Positions 28,153 to 37,722 of a stretch of 64,000 nucleotides of DNA are shown here, one piece after another. Source of the stretch: Fulvivirga sp. (GTDB lineage: Bacteria > Bacteroidota > Bacteroidia > Cytophagales > Cyclobacteriaceae); NCBI GenBank assembly GCA_965284555.1, contig OZ260091.1:1656139-1720138 (forward strand), written 5' to 3'. Within the stretch, counting starts at the first letter, position 1. Each line of letters begins with the position of its first letter. The notes under the pieces were generated by a model. That model was not told where the DNA came from. It searched no databases and was given only the letters and a program-made list of their open reading frames with translations. A program made the position numbers and the translations under genes.

Positions 28153-30534
28153 GTGGAAGTAGAAAATCAAGTTTTGAATGAAACGCTTTGTTACCATTGC
28201 CATGAACCATTGGCAGGTAGCGAGTTGGTTTATGACAGCAAACAATTTTGTTGTCAGGGTTGTAAATCGGTATATGAGCTTTTTCAAGACTCTAATTTCC
28301 AGGATTTTTATGCTCAACGGTTCGACAACAGGAAGGCCGATGATTTTGCCTTGCTCGATGATAACAAAATTGCCCAATCTTACATCACTTTCAGTACGGA
28401 TGATTATACTCGCATTACGTTAAAATTGCCGAATATTCACTGTAGTTCTTGTATTTATGTGTTGGAAAATCTGCATCAAGTAGCACCGGGCATTATTAAA
28501 GTTACCACCGATTTTGTTAAAAAACAGGCCGATATTCTCTTTAAACCAAAAGAGTTGCCATTGAGTGAATTGTGCAGATTGCTTAATTCTATCGGATATC
28601 CACCTGATTTAAGCATTGAAAAAAAGGAATTTAAAAAACATGGACAAAGTAAGGCCTTGTCATTGAAAATTGGTGTGGCCGCCTTTTGTTTTGGTAATAT
28701 TATGCTACTTAGCTTTCCCGAGTATTTGGGTATTGATGAACATGAGTTTGCACAATTTTTTAGTTGGGTAAGTTTGGCATTGGCGCTCCCCGTACTGTTT
28801 TACTCAGCTACCGATTATTTTAAATCAGCTATGGCCGGATTAAAACATAGTTTTATCAATATTGACGTCCCAATAGTATTGGGAATAGTTGCACTTTTTT
28901 TCAGGAGTGCTTATGAAATAATAAGTCAGTCTGGTGCAGGATATTTGGATTCATTGGCAGGTTTGATTTTTTTCTTATTGATAGGGAAGTGGTTTCAAAG
29001 CAAAACTTATGAGAATATGTCTTTTGAACGGGACTATAAATCGTATTTCCCGCTATCAGTCTTAAAAATCAATAATGGTAAGGAGCATCCAGTTGCCATA
29101 AATACGCTTGAAAAGGGTGATGACATTATCATTAGAAATAATGAAATAATCCCTGCAGATGCCAAATTGAGGGGAACCAGCGCTCAAATTGACTATAGCT
29201 TTGTAACTGGTGAGCAAAAGCCCATAACAGTTAAGGAAGGGCAGTTGGTTTATGCAGGCGGACGCTTATTGGGTGAGCGCATTCAACTGCAAGTTGAGCA
29301 GGCTTCATCGCAAAGCTACCTTACTAGCTTGTGGAACAATCAAGTATTTAAAGAGGATAAAAATCCCTATAGTCAAGAGTTGACCAACAAAATAAGCAAG
29401 CACTTTACCATTGTCATTTTAATACTTGCCTTAGCCGGAGCAATATTTTGGGCATTTTATCAGCCGGATAAAATGTGGTTGGTACTCACTTCGGTATTGA
29501 TTATTGCCTGCCCTTGTGCTCTTGCATTATCAGCACCCTTTACCAATGGAAATGCCATTAGAATAATGGGGAAATATGGTTTTTATCTAAAAAAAGCGAG
29601 TATAGCTGAGAAAATAGCCAATATCGACACTATTGTTTTTGACAAGACCGGAACGATTACTTCATTGAAAAAGCAGGGTTTGGCCTTTTTTGGGGAAGCA
29701 CTGAGTAACGTAGAGCAAAAGGTAATTAAGAGTATGGCAGGTAACTCTACGCATCCATTGAGTAAATTGATATTTGAAAAATTAGATTTGGAAGGTGAAA
29801 TAATACCACTATCTAATTTTAAGGAGCATGTTGGAAAAGGACTATCAGCCGAATTTGAGGACATTATCTTTCAAGTTGGTTCACCAAAATGGCTGAATAT
29901 CAATACAGAAAATTTTGATTTGAATAGTTCAAGAGTTTATGTCAAAATTGGTGTTGAGGTAAAAGGTTATTTTGAAATTAAGCACCAATATAGGGCTGGG
30001 ATTGAAAATTTATTGAACAGCCTTGGTTCCAACTACAAGTTGCTGGTGGTATCTGGTGATAATGATTCAGAGTTAGGCGTATTGACAAAGATGTTTCCTT
30101 CAGGAACACAATTTTACTTTAACCAAAAACCGGATGATAAATTAGCCATTGTGAAACAATTGCAAGATAGAGGCGCTAAAGTGATGATGCTGGGAGATGG
30201 CTTAAATGATGCCGGAGCACTGCAGCAGAGTGATATTGGGGTGGCGGTAACAGAAAATATTTCTTCATTTTCACCCTCTTGCGATGCCATTTTGGAGGGT
30301 GAGCGTTTAACACAGCTTCATCACTTTTTGAAATTCTCTCAAAAGAGCAAATTCATTATCTATCAGAGTTTTGGCATTTCATTTTTATACAATGTGGTAG
30401 GCATTTCAATGGCGTTGTCAGGGCTTCTTACTCCAATATTTGCTGCTATTTTGATGCCTTTAAGTAGTATTTCTGTGGTGGCATTTACCACTTTAAAAGG
30501 CAATGCACTATCTTCAATATTAAACAAACAATAG
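28153..30534 (+). CDS. ccoI: Cu-translocating P1B-type ATPase for cbb3 oxidase assembly (CcoI/FixI)
   Basis: CYHC..FCCQGC and HCSSC metal sites, TGE, CPCAL, DKTGT, GDGLND; immediately followed by ccoS. Confidence 0.88.
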   Translation: MEVENQVLNETLCYHCHEPLAGSELVYDSKQFCCQGCKSVYELFQDSNFQDFYAQRFDNRKADDFALLDDNKIAQSYITFSTDDYTRITLKLPNIHCSSCIYVLENLHQVAPGIIKVTTDFVKKQADILFKPKELPLSELCRLLNSIGYPPDLSIEKKEFKKHGQSKALSLKIGVAAFCFGNIMLLSFPEYLGIDEHEFAQFFSWVSLALALPVLFYSATDYFKSAMAGLKHSFINIDVPIVLGIVALFFRSAYEIISQSGAGYLDSLAGLIFFLLIGKWFQSKTYENMSFERDYKSYFPLSVLKINNGKEHPVAINTLEKGDDIIIRNNEIIPADAKLRGTSAQIDYSFVTGEQKPITVKEGQLVYAGGRLLGERIQLQVEQASSQSYLTSLWNNQVFKEDKNPYSQELTNKISKHFTIVILILALAGAIFWAFYQPDKMWLVLTSVLIIACPCALALSAPFTNGNAIRIMGKYGFYLKKASIAEKIANIDTIVFDKTGTITSLKKQGLAFFGEALSNVEQKVIKSMAGNSTHPLSKLIFEKLDLEGEIIPLSNFKEHVGKGLSAEFEDIIFQVGSPKWLNINTENFDLNSSRVYVKIGVEVKGYFEIKHQYRAGIENLLNSLGSNYKLLVVSGDNDSELGVLTKMFPSGTQFYFNQKPDDKLAIVKQLQDRGAKVMMLGDGLNDAGALQQSDIGVAVTENISSFSPSCDAILEGERLTQLHHFLKFSQKSKFIIYQSFGISFLYNVVGISMALSGLLTPIFAAILMPLSSISVVAFTTLKGNALSSILNKQ

Positions 30535-30535
30535 C

Positions 30536-30697
30536 ATGTCGGTAATTTATATACTTATAATCATCAGTATGGTGGTAGCAGGGGCCTTTTTAGGGTTGTT
30601 TATTTGGGCCAATAAATCCGGACAATTTGACGATACCGTTACGCCATCAATTCGTATGTTGTTTGAGGAGAAGAAGGAGAAGGAAAAAGAGGTTTAA
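30536..30697 (+). CDS. ccoS: cbb3-type oxidase assembly protein CcoS (absent from the ORF track)
   Basis: Manual translation MSVIYILIIISMVVAGAFLGLFIWANKSGQFDDTVTPSIRMLFEEKKEKEKEV (53 aa); GQFDD..PS.R signature. Confidence 0.92.
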   Translation: MSVIYILIIISMVVAGAFLGLFIWANKSGQFDDTVTPSIRMLFEEKKEKEKEV

Positions 30698-30722
30698 AGT
30701 TCAAAGTTCAAAGTTTAAAGTT
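30695..30722. repeat. Heptamer tandem repeat (YAAAGTT)x4
   Basis: taaagtt caaagtt caaagtt taaagtt; 27 nt identical to 36175-36201. Confidence 0.8.
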
Positions 30723-30757
30723 GGTAGTTAACCAATAAACAATTAACCATCCACTAT

Positions 30758-31291
30758 CTATTTTTTTCTTGCTGGGAATTTCCGCATGGCTTTTCTTATT
30801 CCCTTTTCCACTTCGGTGTGTGCTATGTCTGGAAATTGAGGGATGTATTTTTGAGTTACCGATCGCCAAATAATAGTACCTTTTTCTCTGTCGGCAACAT
30901 CGATAATCAAAGTTCCTTTTAAGAAGTGATAGTAAATATCCTCTTCTTTGGCATTTTCCCAGAGCGGAAGCGATTCTTCATGTACAAAGGTTGATAAGGC
31001 AGAATCCTTAGTGACTTGGATCTGAAAATTGAGCATTAAATCAGCGTTTTCATCGGTTTGGATATAACCCTTACGCTGCATTTCTACCGCCATTAGATTG
31101 ACAATTTCCTCTAAAATGGGCTCTGGATAAATATAATCAGGCCCCTCGAATGTTGGGGTGCAGCCATTAAGCCAACACCAAGTTTTGTATTCATCAAAAT
31201 TTACTTTGGGGTCGCTGCTCGATCTTACTTTTATTTCAGCGCATGACGATATAAGCGCCAGACAAATGGTTATAAGAAGATATCTCATCAC
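30758..31291 (-). CDS. DUF4136-like lipoprotein
   Basis: Lipobox ISSC; DPKVNFDEYKTW; MQRKGY; GTLIIDVADR..IIWRS; IRKAMRKFP. Confidence 0.75.
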   Translation of the reverse strand: MMRYLLITICLALISSCAEIKVRSSSDPKVNFDEYKTWCWLNGCTPTFEGPDYIYPEPILEEIVNLMAVEMQRKGYIQTDENADLMLNFQIQVTKDSALSTFVHEESLPLWENAKEEDIYYHFLKGTLIIDVADREKGTIIWRSVTQKYIPQFPDIAHTEVEKGIRKAMRKFPARKK

Positions 31292-31354
31292 TAATTTTTG
31301 TTTAAAGGTATTTCTTCTTTTTTGATAAATCCTTTAAATAAATCAATTATACAT

Positions 31355-31368
31355 CTGACAATAATCAA
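31355..31368. promoter_or_regulatory. Crp/Fnr-type box upstream of mlaE (divergent from DUF4136 gene)
   Basis: ctgac-aata-atcaa. Confidence 0.6.
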
Positions 31369-31415
31369 CTTTATTGATACCATAAACGGCTAATTTCATA
31401 TTCAAATTATAATCC

Positions 31416-32192
31416 ATGTTCGGGACTACTTATAAAAATTTAAAGGCATTTTTACTCGAAACGGGTGACATCTCTTTATTTATAGGTCGGTTTTTTAAAG
31501 AGGGATTTAAACCGCCTTTTGAGCTTAAAGAGTTACTCAAGCAATGCTACATGGTAGGCAATAAATCACTGCCATTGGTGGCTACAACTGGTTTTATTAT
31601 GGGTTTGGTACTTACCATTCAGACAAGGCCAACTTTGGTTGAATTTGGTGCGGAGTCGTGGATTCCCTCTATGATTGGCATTGCTATAGTCCGTGAAATC
31701 GGACCTGTTATTACGGCATTGATGTGCGCAGGCAGGGTTGGGTCAAGTATTGGCGCAGAGCTGGGATCCATGAAAGTTACCGAGCAAATTGATGCTATGG
31801 AGGTGTCAGGAACCAATCCTTTTAAGTTTTTAGTGGTAACTAAAGTAGTAGCTTGCACGCTTATGTTACCGGTTTTAGTGGTTTTTTCGGATATCATTTC
31901 ACTTTTGGGCTCTTATTTGGTGGAAAACCTGAAGGGAGAGGTGAGTTGGGAGCTGTATTTTAGAAACGTTTTTGCCTTTTTAAAATTTAGCGACATTATG
32001 CCGGCTTTTATCAAATCGTATTTCTTTGGTTTTGTAATTGGCATTGTAGGTTGCTATAAAGGCTACAATTCCAAAAAGGGGACGGAAGGTGTAGGTAAAG
32101 CAGCCAATACTGCTGTGGTTTTAGCTTCAATGCTAGTGTTTGTGGTAGATTTTGTTGCGGTATTAATTACTGATATTTTCTATGATTTATAA
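31416..32192 (+). CDS. mlaE: MlaE-family ABC permease (MCE system)
   Basis: REIGPVITALMCAGRVGSSIGAELGSMKVTEQIDAMEV; GTEGVGKAANTAVV. Confidence 0.9.
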   Translation: MFGTTYKNLKAFLLETGDISLFIGRFFKEGFKPPFELKELLKQCYMVGNKSLPLVATTGFIMGLVLTIQTRPTLVEFGAESWIPSMIGIAIVREIGPVITALMCAGRVGSSIGAELGSMKVTEQIDAMEVSGTNPFKFLVVTKVVACTLMLPVLVVFSDIISLLGSYLVENLKGEVSWELYFRNVFAFLKFSDIMPAFIKSYFFGFVIGIVGCYKGYNSKKGTEGVGKAANTAVVLASMLVFVVDFVAVLITDIFYDL

Positions 32193-32953
32193 TGCAAAAG
32201 ACTAAAACGATAAATTATGACGCGCCACCCGTGGTGAAAATAGAACAGTTGCATAAGCGATTTGGCGATAATGTGGTTTTGAAAGGTTTTAATCTCACGC
32301 TGTACGAAGGTGAAAGTGTGGCTATTTTAGGCAAGTCGGGCTCAGGCAAATCAGTGTTGATCAAATGCCTTATTGGACTGATTCCGTATGATTCAGGTTC
32401 CATGTTAGTGCTTGGTAAAGAAGTGGCTGATTTAAATCAACAAGAGTTGGACAATTTGCGAACAGATATAGGATTTTTGTTTCAGGGTAGTGCCTTGTAT
32501 GACTCTATGACGGTACGTGAAAATTTAGAATTTCCACTCCGCAGGCACCGAGAAACACTAAAAAACGGACAAACTGTAAAGGAAAAAGTAAAACAAGTAT
32601 TGTCTAGTGTGGGTCTATCAAATACTGAAGACCTTATGCCGGAAGAGCTTTCTGGGGGGATGAAAAAGAGGATAGCACTGGCACGCACGCTTATTATTAG
32701 CCCAAAGTTGATATTGTATGACGAGCCTACAAGTGGGCTCGACCCAATAACCACCCGTGAAATAAGCAGGCTTATTTTGCAAATTCAGAAGGAGTACTTT
32801 GCGTCATCCATTGTAATTACTCATGATGTAGATTGTGCAAAAATGGTAGCCGATAGATTGATCATATTAAATAATGGAATAAACTATGCCGAAGGATCTT
32901 ATGAAGAACTTTTCAAATCTAAAGACCCGGTAGTGAGCGCATTTTTTGCTTAA
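32192..32953 (+). CDS. mlaF: MlaF-family ABC ATPase
   Basis: GKSGSGKS, FQGSALYDSMTV, LSGGMKKR, YDEPTSGLDP. Confidence 0.9.
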   Translation: MQKTKTINYDAPPVVKIEQLHKRFGDNVVLKGFNLTLYEGESVAILGKSGSGKSVLIKCLIGLIPYDSGSMLVLGKEVADLNQQELDNLRTDIGFLFQGSALYDSMTVRENLEFPLRRHRETLKNGQTVKEKVKQVLSSVGLSNTEDLMPEELSGGMKKRIALARTLIISPKLILYDEPTSGLDPITTREISRLILQIQKEYFASSIVITHDVDCAKMVADRLIILNNGINYAEGSYEELFKSKDPVVSAFFA

Positions 32954-32963
32954 AATTAAAGCT

Positions 32964-33917
32964 ATGGAACGAAGTACAAATTATAAAGTAAAGCTGGGTG
33001 TATTTGTGGTAGTAGGACTTGCATTATTCACTGTTGGCGTCTATATGGTAGGAAAGGAGCAAAATCTATTTAGCAGAAATATAGCGCTATATGCCAAATT
33101 TAAGCAGGTAAATGGCTTACAGTCGGGCAGTAATGTGCGTTTTTCTGGTATAAACGTTGGGGCAGTAAGCAATATTGAAATAATTGATGATTCAACTATT
33201 TTGGTATCCATGGTCATTAAAGAAAGTGTTCAGCAATTTATAAAATTGGATGCGGTAGCCTCTATTGGCACTGATGGTTTAATGGGTAATATGCTGGTGA
33301 ATATAAGCCCTGGGGGCAATCAAACCCAATCAATTGAAGATGGTGGGTATTTAAGAACTTATGAGAAAGTACTAACCGAAGACATCATTAATACACTCAA
33401 CAGCTCAAACGAAAATCTGGCGGTATTGATTGAAGAACTGCTAGAAATAGCTCAAGGAGTAAACAAAGGCAAAGGCACGGTTGGGGTTTTGATGAAAGAC
33501 AGTTTGGTAGCAAATGATCTGAGACATGCAGTTAAAAACCTGAATTATACTACCATCAAAGCCGTCACTATTATAGAAAAAATGAATACAATGATGGATG
33601 ATTGGCAAAAAGGGGATGGACTTGTAAATGCCCTAATGACCGATACAGCCTATGTAACTAAAATTCAACAAACCTTTGAAAGTCTAGAAAAAGCAAGTAG
33701 CGAAATTCAACAGACCTCAACTCAATTAAACACTATGCTCGAACAGAAGCATTCTGACAATGCCTTAAACACCGTTTTACGGGATAGTATTTTCAATGCC
33801 AACCTGCAAAAAACTATGGTTGAAATAAAAGATGGTGCCACCAAGTTTAATGAAAATATGGAAGCCTTGCGTACCAATTGGTTTTTTAAGAAATTTTTTA
33901 AGAAGAAGAATAAGTAG
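32964..33917 (+). CDS. mlaD: MlaD/MCE-domain protein with long helical tail
   Basis: N-terminal TM, GLQSGSNVRFSGINVGAV, TDGLMGNMLVNISPG, then ~170 aa of helical repeats (track start is TTG 32946). Confidence 0.88.
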   Translation: MERSTNYKVKLGVFVVVGLALFTVGVYMVGKEQNLFSRNIALYAKFKQVNGLQSGSNVRFSGINVGAVSNIEIIDDSTILVSMVIKESVQQFIKLDAVASIGTDGLMGNMLVNISPGGNQTQSIEDGGYLRTYEKVLTEDIINTLNSSNENLAVLIEELLEIAQGVNKGKGTVGVLMKDSLVANDLRHAVKNLNYTTIKAVTIIEKMNTMMDDWQKGDGLVNALMTDTAYVTKIQQTFESLEKASSEIQQTSTQLNTMLEQKHSDNALNTVLRDSIFNANLQKTMVEIKDGATKFNENMEALRTNWFFKKFFKKKNK

Positions 33918-33920
33918 AGG

Positions 33921-34025
33921 TGAGACATTAGATATTAGATATTAGACATTAGACATAAGATGTTAGACATTAGACTTAAGATGTTAGGCATAAGATGTTA
34001 GACATAAGATGTTAGACGTTAGACA
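33921..34025. repeat. Heptamer tandem array, 15 units, consensus TWAGAYR
   Basis: tgagaca ttagata ttagata ttagaca ttagaca taagatg ttagaca … ttagaca. Confidence 0.9.
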
Positions 34026-34114
34026 TGAGGGTTTAGAAATGATGGATACTTAAAAACTATTAACCCTTTTCGAATAAAGAATGACGAATATTAAATAATT
34101 ATCAACTATTAACA

Positions 34115-34184
34115 CAATAACCAATAACCAATAACCAACTACTAACTACCAACTACTAACTACCAACTACCAACTACTAACTAC
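34115..34184. repeat. Heptamer tandem array, 10 units, consensus YAAYWAC
   Basis: caataac x3, then alternating caactac/taactac x7. Confidence 0.9.
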
Positions 34185-34225
34185 CATCTATCCACTCCCT
34201 TGCTTGACCAACTTCAAAATCTATA

Positions 34226-34239
34226 CTGACTTTCGTCAG
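34226..34239. promoter_or_regulatory. Crp/Fnr-type box upstream of dinB-hemN
   Basis: Perfect palindrome ctgac-tttc-gtcag; a second 1-mismatch site ttgac-caac-ttcaa at 34204-34217; TAnnTTTG -7 element tacttttg at 34262-34269. Confidence 0.7.
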
Positions 34240-34322
34240 GTTTTTTGAGTAATTGCCAACCTACTTTTGAGAGAAATAAGCCATTTTAAGAATGGGTCTT
34301 TGTTTCATTTAAGAAATCGGGC

Positions 34323-34778
34323 ATGGAAAGTCAAACCACAAAACTGCTAAAACTCTGGACGGAAGCACGCACCAGATTTACCAATCAGTTGGTAAACCTT
34401 ACTGATGGCGATATGAAAAAGCGTTTGGCACCTGCCACCAATTCTGCTGGCTTTCTTATTCGGCATATTGGAGATGTAGAACTTCTATTTGCCAGAAATG
34501 TATTTGGCGCAACAGAAATTAAGGTCAGTGCCAAAACAGTAATTGATAAAAGAGATACTGGAGAGTGGACTAATTGTGCCGAACTGCTAAATTATGTTGA
34601 AGAAGCAGGCCATGTACTTCATGCAATTATCGAAAAACAAGCTTATGATGAATGGGATGCCTTAATAGAAACCAAAGAATTTGGCACAAAAACAAAGGCC
34701 GAAGCTTTAGGCAGAATTGTTTCGCACACCGCCTATCATGCCGGACAGTTAGCGCTAATACTCAAATACGGAAGTTGA
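34323..34778 (+). CDS. DinB/YfiT-superfamily protein
   Basis: 151 aa four-helix bundle; NSAGFLIRHIG and SHTAYHAGQL His triad. Confidence 0.82.
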   Translation: MESQTTKLLKLWTEARTRFTNQLVNLTDGDMKKRLAPATNSAGFLIRHIGDVELLFARNVFGATEIKVSAKTVIDKRDTGEWTNCAELLNYVEEAGHVLHAIIEKQAYDEWDALIETKEFGTKTKAEALGRIVSHTAYHAGQLALILKYGS

Positions 34779-34805
34779 TAAATTATATTCATAAACACAT
34801 TACAA

Positions 34806-36167
34806 ATGAAAATCCCCGAATCGCTCATACAAAAATATAATGTGCCAGCCCCACGCTATACCAGTTACCCAACGGTACCTTATTGGGAAGAGGAATATAT
34901 GAGTGAAACCAACTGGCTGTCTATAGTTAAGCAAACTTTTGATGAAACCAACGATACACAAGGTATAAGCTTATATATACATCTTCCGTATTGTGAGAGC
35001 CTGTGTACTTATTGCGCCTGCAACACTCGTATTACTAAAAACCATGCCGTTGAAGAAGACTATATCGAGGCTGTCTTAGCAGAATGGGATATTTATTGCG
35101 ACACTTTTGATAGAATTCCCTTGCTAAGAGAAGTGCACTTAGGAGGAGGAACCCCCACATTTTTCAGTCCGAAAAACCTGGCTATTTTAATGCAAGGTAT
35201 CATTGACAGAGCCATTTTGCACCCCATGTTTTTGTGCTCATTTGAAGGGCATCCAAACAATACTACCTATGAGCATTTAGTAGCACTATACAATGCGGGT
35301 GCGCGTAGGGTCAGCTATGGAGTACAAGATTTGGACTACACGGTACAAAAAACTATTAATCGTATCCAACCATTTGAAAATGTGTTGGCGGCTACAGAAA
35401 ATGCTCGTAAAATTGGTTACGAATCAGTGAATTTTGACTTGATATACGGACTGCCTTTCCAAACGGTAGAGAGTGTTAAAAAAACCATAAACACAATAAT
35501 TGGGCTAAAGCCGGAACGAATCGCATTTTACAGCTATGCACATGTGCCTTGGAAACGCCCAGGCCAAAGAGCTTATACAGAAGCCGATTTGCCCGATAAT
35601 GAATATAAGCGTCAACTTTATGAGCATGGTAAGGAGTTGCTTGCTGAAAATGGTTATACTGATATAGGTATGGATCATTTTGCATTGAATAACGATTTAC
35701 TTTACAAGGCCTATCAAACTAAAAAGATGCATCGCAATTTTATGGGTTATACCCATGCCACTACTGATTTGCTCATAGGTTTAGGTGCCTCTGCAGTTAG
35801 CGATGCAAAGTATGCCTATGCTCAAAATGCTAAGAAAGTTGAAGATTATAAGGCTTCAGTACTAACTGGCAATTTGGCACTAGAAAAGGGTCATTACCTT
35901 ACTGAAGAAGATTTAATAATACGCAGAGTGATATTAGATATAAGCTGCAATGGAGAGCTTTGCTGGAGTGAAACACCAGATTGGCTTACATTAAATATGC
36001 TCATACAACTCAACACAATGGATAAAGAAGGTCTAATTAAACTTTACCCTAATGGTTTCAGAGTTACTGAATTGGGTATGGCTTTTTTGCGTAATATATG
36101 TATGGTTTTTGATAAACGACTAAACGACCTACAGCAGGGCAAGCAGATGTTTAGCAAGGCGATATAG
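34806..36167 (+). CDS. hemN: Oxygen-independent coproporphyrinogen III oxidase
   Basis: PRYTSYPT, YIHLPYCESLCTYCAC, HLGGGTPT, GMDHFA and RNFMGY. Confidence 0.95.
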   Translation: MKIPESLIQKYNVPAPRYTSYPTVPYWEEEYMSETNWLSIVKQTFDETNDTQGISLYIHLPYCESLCTYCACNTRITKNHAVEEDYIEAVLAEWDIYCDTFDRIPLLREVHLGGGTPTFFSPKNLAILMQGIIDRAILHPMFLCSFEGHPNNTTYEHLVALYNAGARRVSYGVQDLDYTVQKTINRIQPFENVLAATENARKIGYESVNFDLIYGLPFQTVESVKKTINTIIGLKPERIAFYSYAHVPWKRPGQRAYTEADLPDNEYKRQLYEHGKELLAENGYTDIGMDHFALNNDLLYKAYQTKKMHRNFMGYTHATTDLLIGLGASAVSDAKYAYAQNAKKVEDYKASVLTGNLALEKGHYLTEEDLIIRRVILDISCNGELCWSETPDWLTLNMLIQLNTMDKEGLIKLYPNGFRVTELGMAFLRNICMVFDKRLNDLQQGKQMFSKAI

Positions 36168-36173
36168 GTAATT

Positions 36174-36201
36174 GAAAGTTCAAAGTTCAAAGTTTAAAGT
36201 T
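36174..36201. repeat. Heptamer tandem repeat (nAAAGTT)x4
   Basis: gaaagtt caaagtt caaagtt taaagtt, followed by taaccat taactaa units. Confidence 0.8.
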
Positions 36202-36234
36202 TAACCATTAACTAATAACCCTTAATCAAAAGCA

Positions 36235-36831
36235 GTGATGATCCCTGAAGAAATATTGAAAGAATATGGGGCGCAAATTCGCTTTTATAGCCGCGATGAG
36301 TTGTTGTTTCATCAGAGTACGAAGGCACATTATTACTTTCAGGTCAAATCTGGAGAGATAAAAATGGCACATTATAATAGCGATGGCCAAGAGTTTATAC
36401 AAGGTATATTTTCAGAAGGGCAAAGTTTTGGTGAGCCTGCTTTGTTTGGAGATTTTCCATATCCTTGTGGCGCAGTAGCCACACAGTCATCTGAGGTTTA
36501 TAAATTACCAGCCATTAGCTTTTTTAAGCTGCTAGAAGAGAACTTTGAAATTCACAAAAAATTTAACAAGGAACTTTCAAAGAGACTGCGCTATAAAGGT
36601 GTTTTACTCAATGAAATTTCATCCTACCCACCTTCACACAGGATCGAAACTGTACTCAAATATATTAGGAGTAGATATGGTGCTAAAGATGAAAATTTTG
36701 AAGTGCCATTTACCCGACAGCAGATTGCCGATATGACTGGGCTAAGAGTGGAAACTGTAATTAAAACCATCAAAAAAATGGCTCTTGACGAACAACTTCG
36801 TATCGAAAATCACAAGGTTATTCTAAATTAA
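36235..36831 (+). CDS. Crp/Fnr-family transcriptional regulator (DNR/NnrR-like, no FNR cysteines)
   Basis: cNMP-type beta-barrel (GQSFGEPALF..YPCGA) and HTH TRQQIADMTGLRVETVIK. Confidence 0.88.
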   Translation: MMIPEEILKEYGAQIRFYSRDELLFHQSTKAHYYFQVKSGEIKMAHYNSDGQEFIQGIFSEGQSFGEPALFGDFPYPCGAVATQSSEVYKLPAISFFKLLEENFEIHKKFNKELSKRLRYKGVLLNEISSYPPSHRIETVLKYIRSRYGAKDENFEVPFTRQQIADMTGLRVETVIKTIKKMALDEQLRIENHKVILN

Positions 36832-36939
36832 CTCAAGTTCATTATTTGCTCTCAATTGCTAAAAAGACAATTATTTAGTCCTAAACTGTAATTATCTCCT
36901 CAATCCTTTTAATAAATTATTTGCCTTTCTAAATCCAAT

Positions 36940-36953
36940 ATGATTTGAATCAT
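36940..36953. promoter_or_regulatory. Crp/Fnr-type box upstream of ric
   Basis: atgat-ttga-atcat. Confidence 0.7.
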
Positions 36954-37008
36954 AAGAGAATAATTCTTTGCAGTGGTACTTTGTAACATCACTAAAAACG
37001 AATATTCG

Positions 37009-37722
37009 ATGGAAAATCTGAAAGAACAAAAAGTAGGAGAGCTGGTAGCGGAAAACTATCAGTATGCCGATGTATTTAAAAAGTATGATATTGATTTTTG
37101 TTGTGGTGGTGGTGTCACGATTGGCGCTACTTGCTTGCTAAAGAATATAGATTTGAATCAACTTGAGAAGGAGCTAAGTCTTGTTAAACAGCAGCAACCT
37201 GTTGTAGATAATCCCGCCTCTTGGCCAATTAGTAAGCTTATTTCGCACATTGTCAATCATCATCATCATTACGTGCGCGAAAATATGCCCTATATTATAG
37301 CATATGCCGATAAGGTAGCCAAAGTACATGGACTAAACCACCCAGAAGTAATTGAAATTAGTAGGTTGGTAAATGAACTTCAAAGCGAACTTTTTATGCA
37401 CATGCATAAAGAAGAGGTGGTGCTTTTTCCATTTATCAATCAACTTCAGGCAAATAAAACAATTAGCGGTAATCCATTTTCTTCTATCAAAAGCCCTATA
37501 GAAGTAATGCTTTTAGAGCATGATTTAGCAGGAGATATATTAAAAGAGGTTCGCAACTTAAGTGCTAATTATACACCACCTAATGATGCCTGTACAACCT
37601 ATAAAGTACTCTTTGATAAACTCAAAAACTTCGAAGAGGATCTTCATCGTCATATACATTTAGAGAATAATATTCTGTTTTTAAAGGCCATTGAATTGGA
37701 AAGAAAAATGTATAATAATTGA
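37009..37722 (+). CDS. ric: Iron-sulfur cluster repair di-iron protein (Ric/YtfE/ScdA)
   Basis: FKKYDIDFCCGGG, HHHYVRE, HMHKEEVVLFP, EHD and HIHLENNILF (track start is GTG 36973). Confidence 0.93.
   Translation: MENLKEQKVGELVAENYQYADVFKKYDIDFCCGGGVTIGATCLLKNIDLNQLEKELSLVKQQQPVVDNPASWPISKLISHIVNHHHHYVRENMPYIIAYADKVAKVHGLNHPEVIEISRLVNELQSELFMHMHKEEVVLFPFINQLQANKTISGNPFSSIKSPIEVMLLEHDLAGDILKEVRNLSANYTPPNDACTTYKVLFDKLKNFEEDLHRHIHLENNILFLKAIELERKMYNN

Noticed and set aside
33921-34184. Heptamer arrays as a CRISPR array
   Set aside because: 7-nt units with no unique spacers and no cas genes
36235-36831. FNR-type [4Fe-4S] oxygen sensor
   Set aside because: It lacks the N-terminal Cys cluster and has only one Cys
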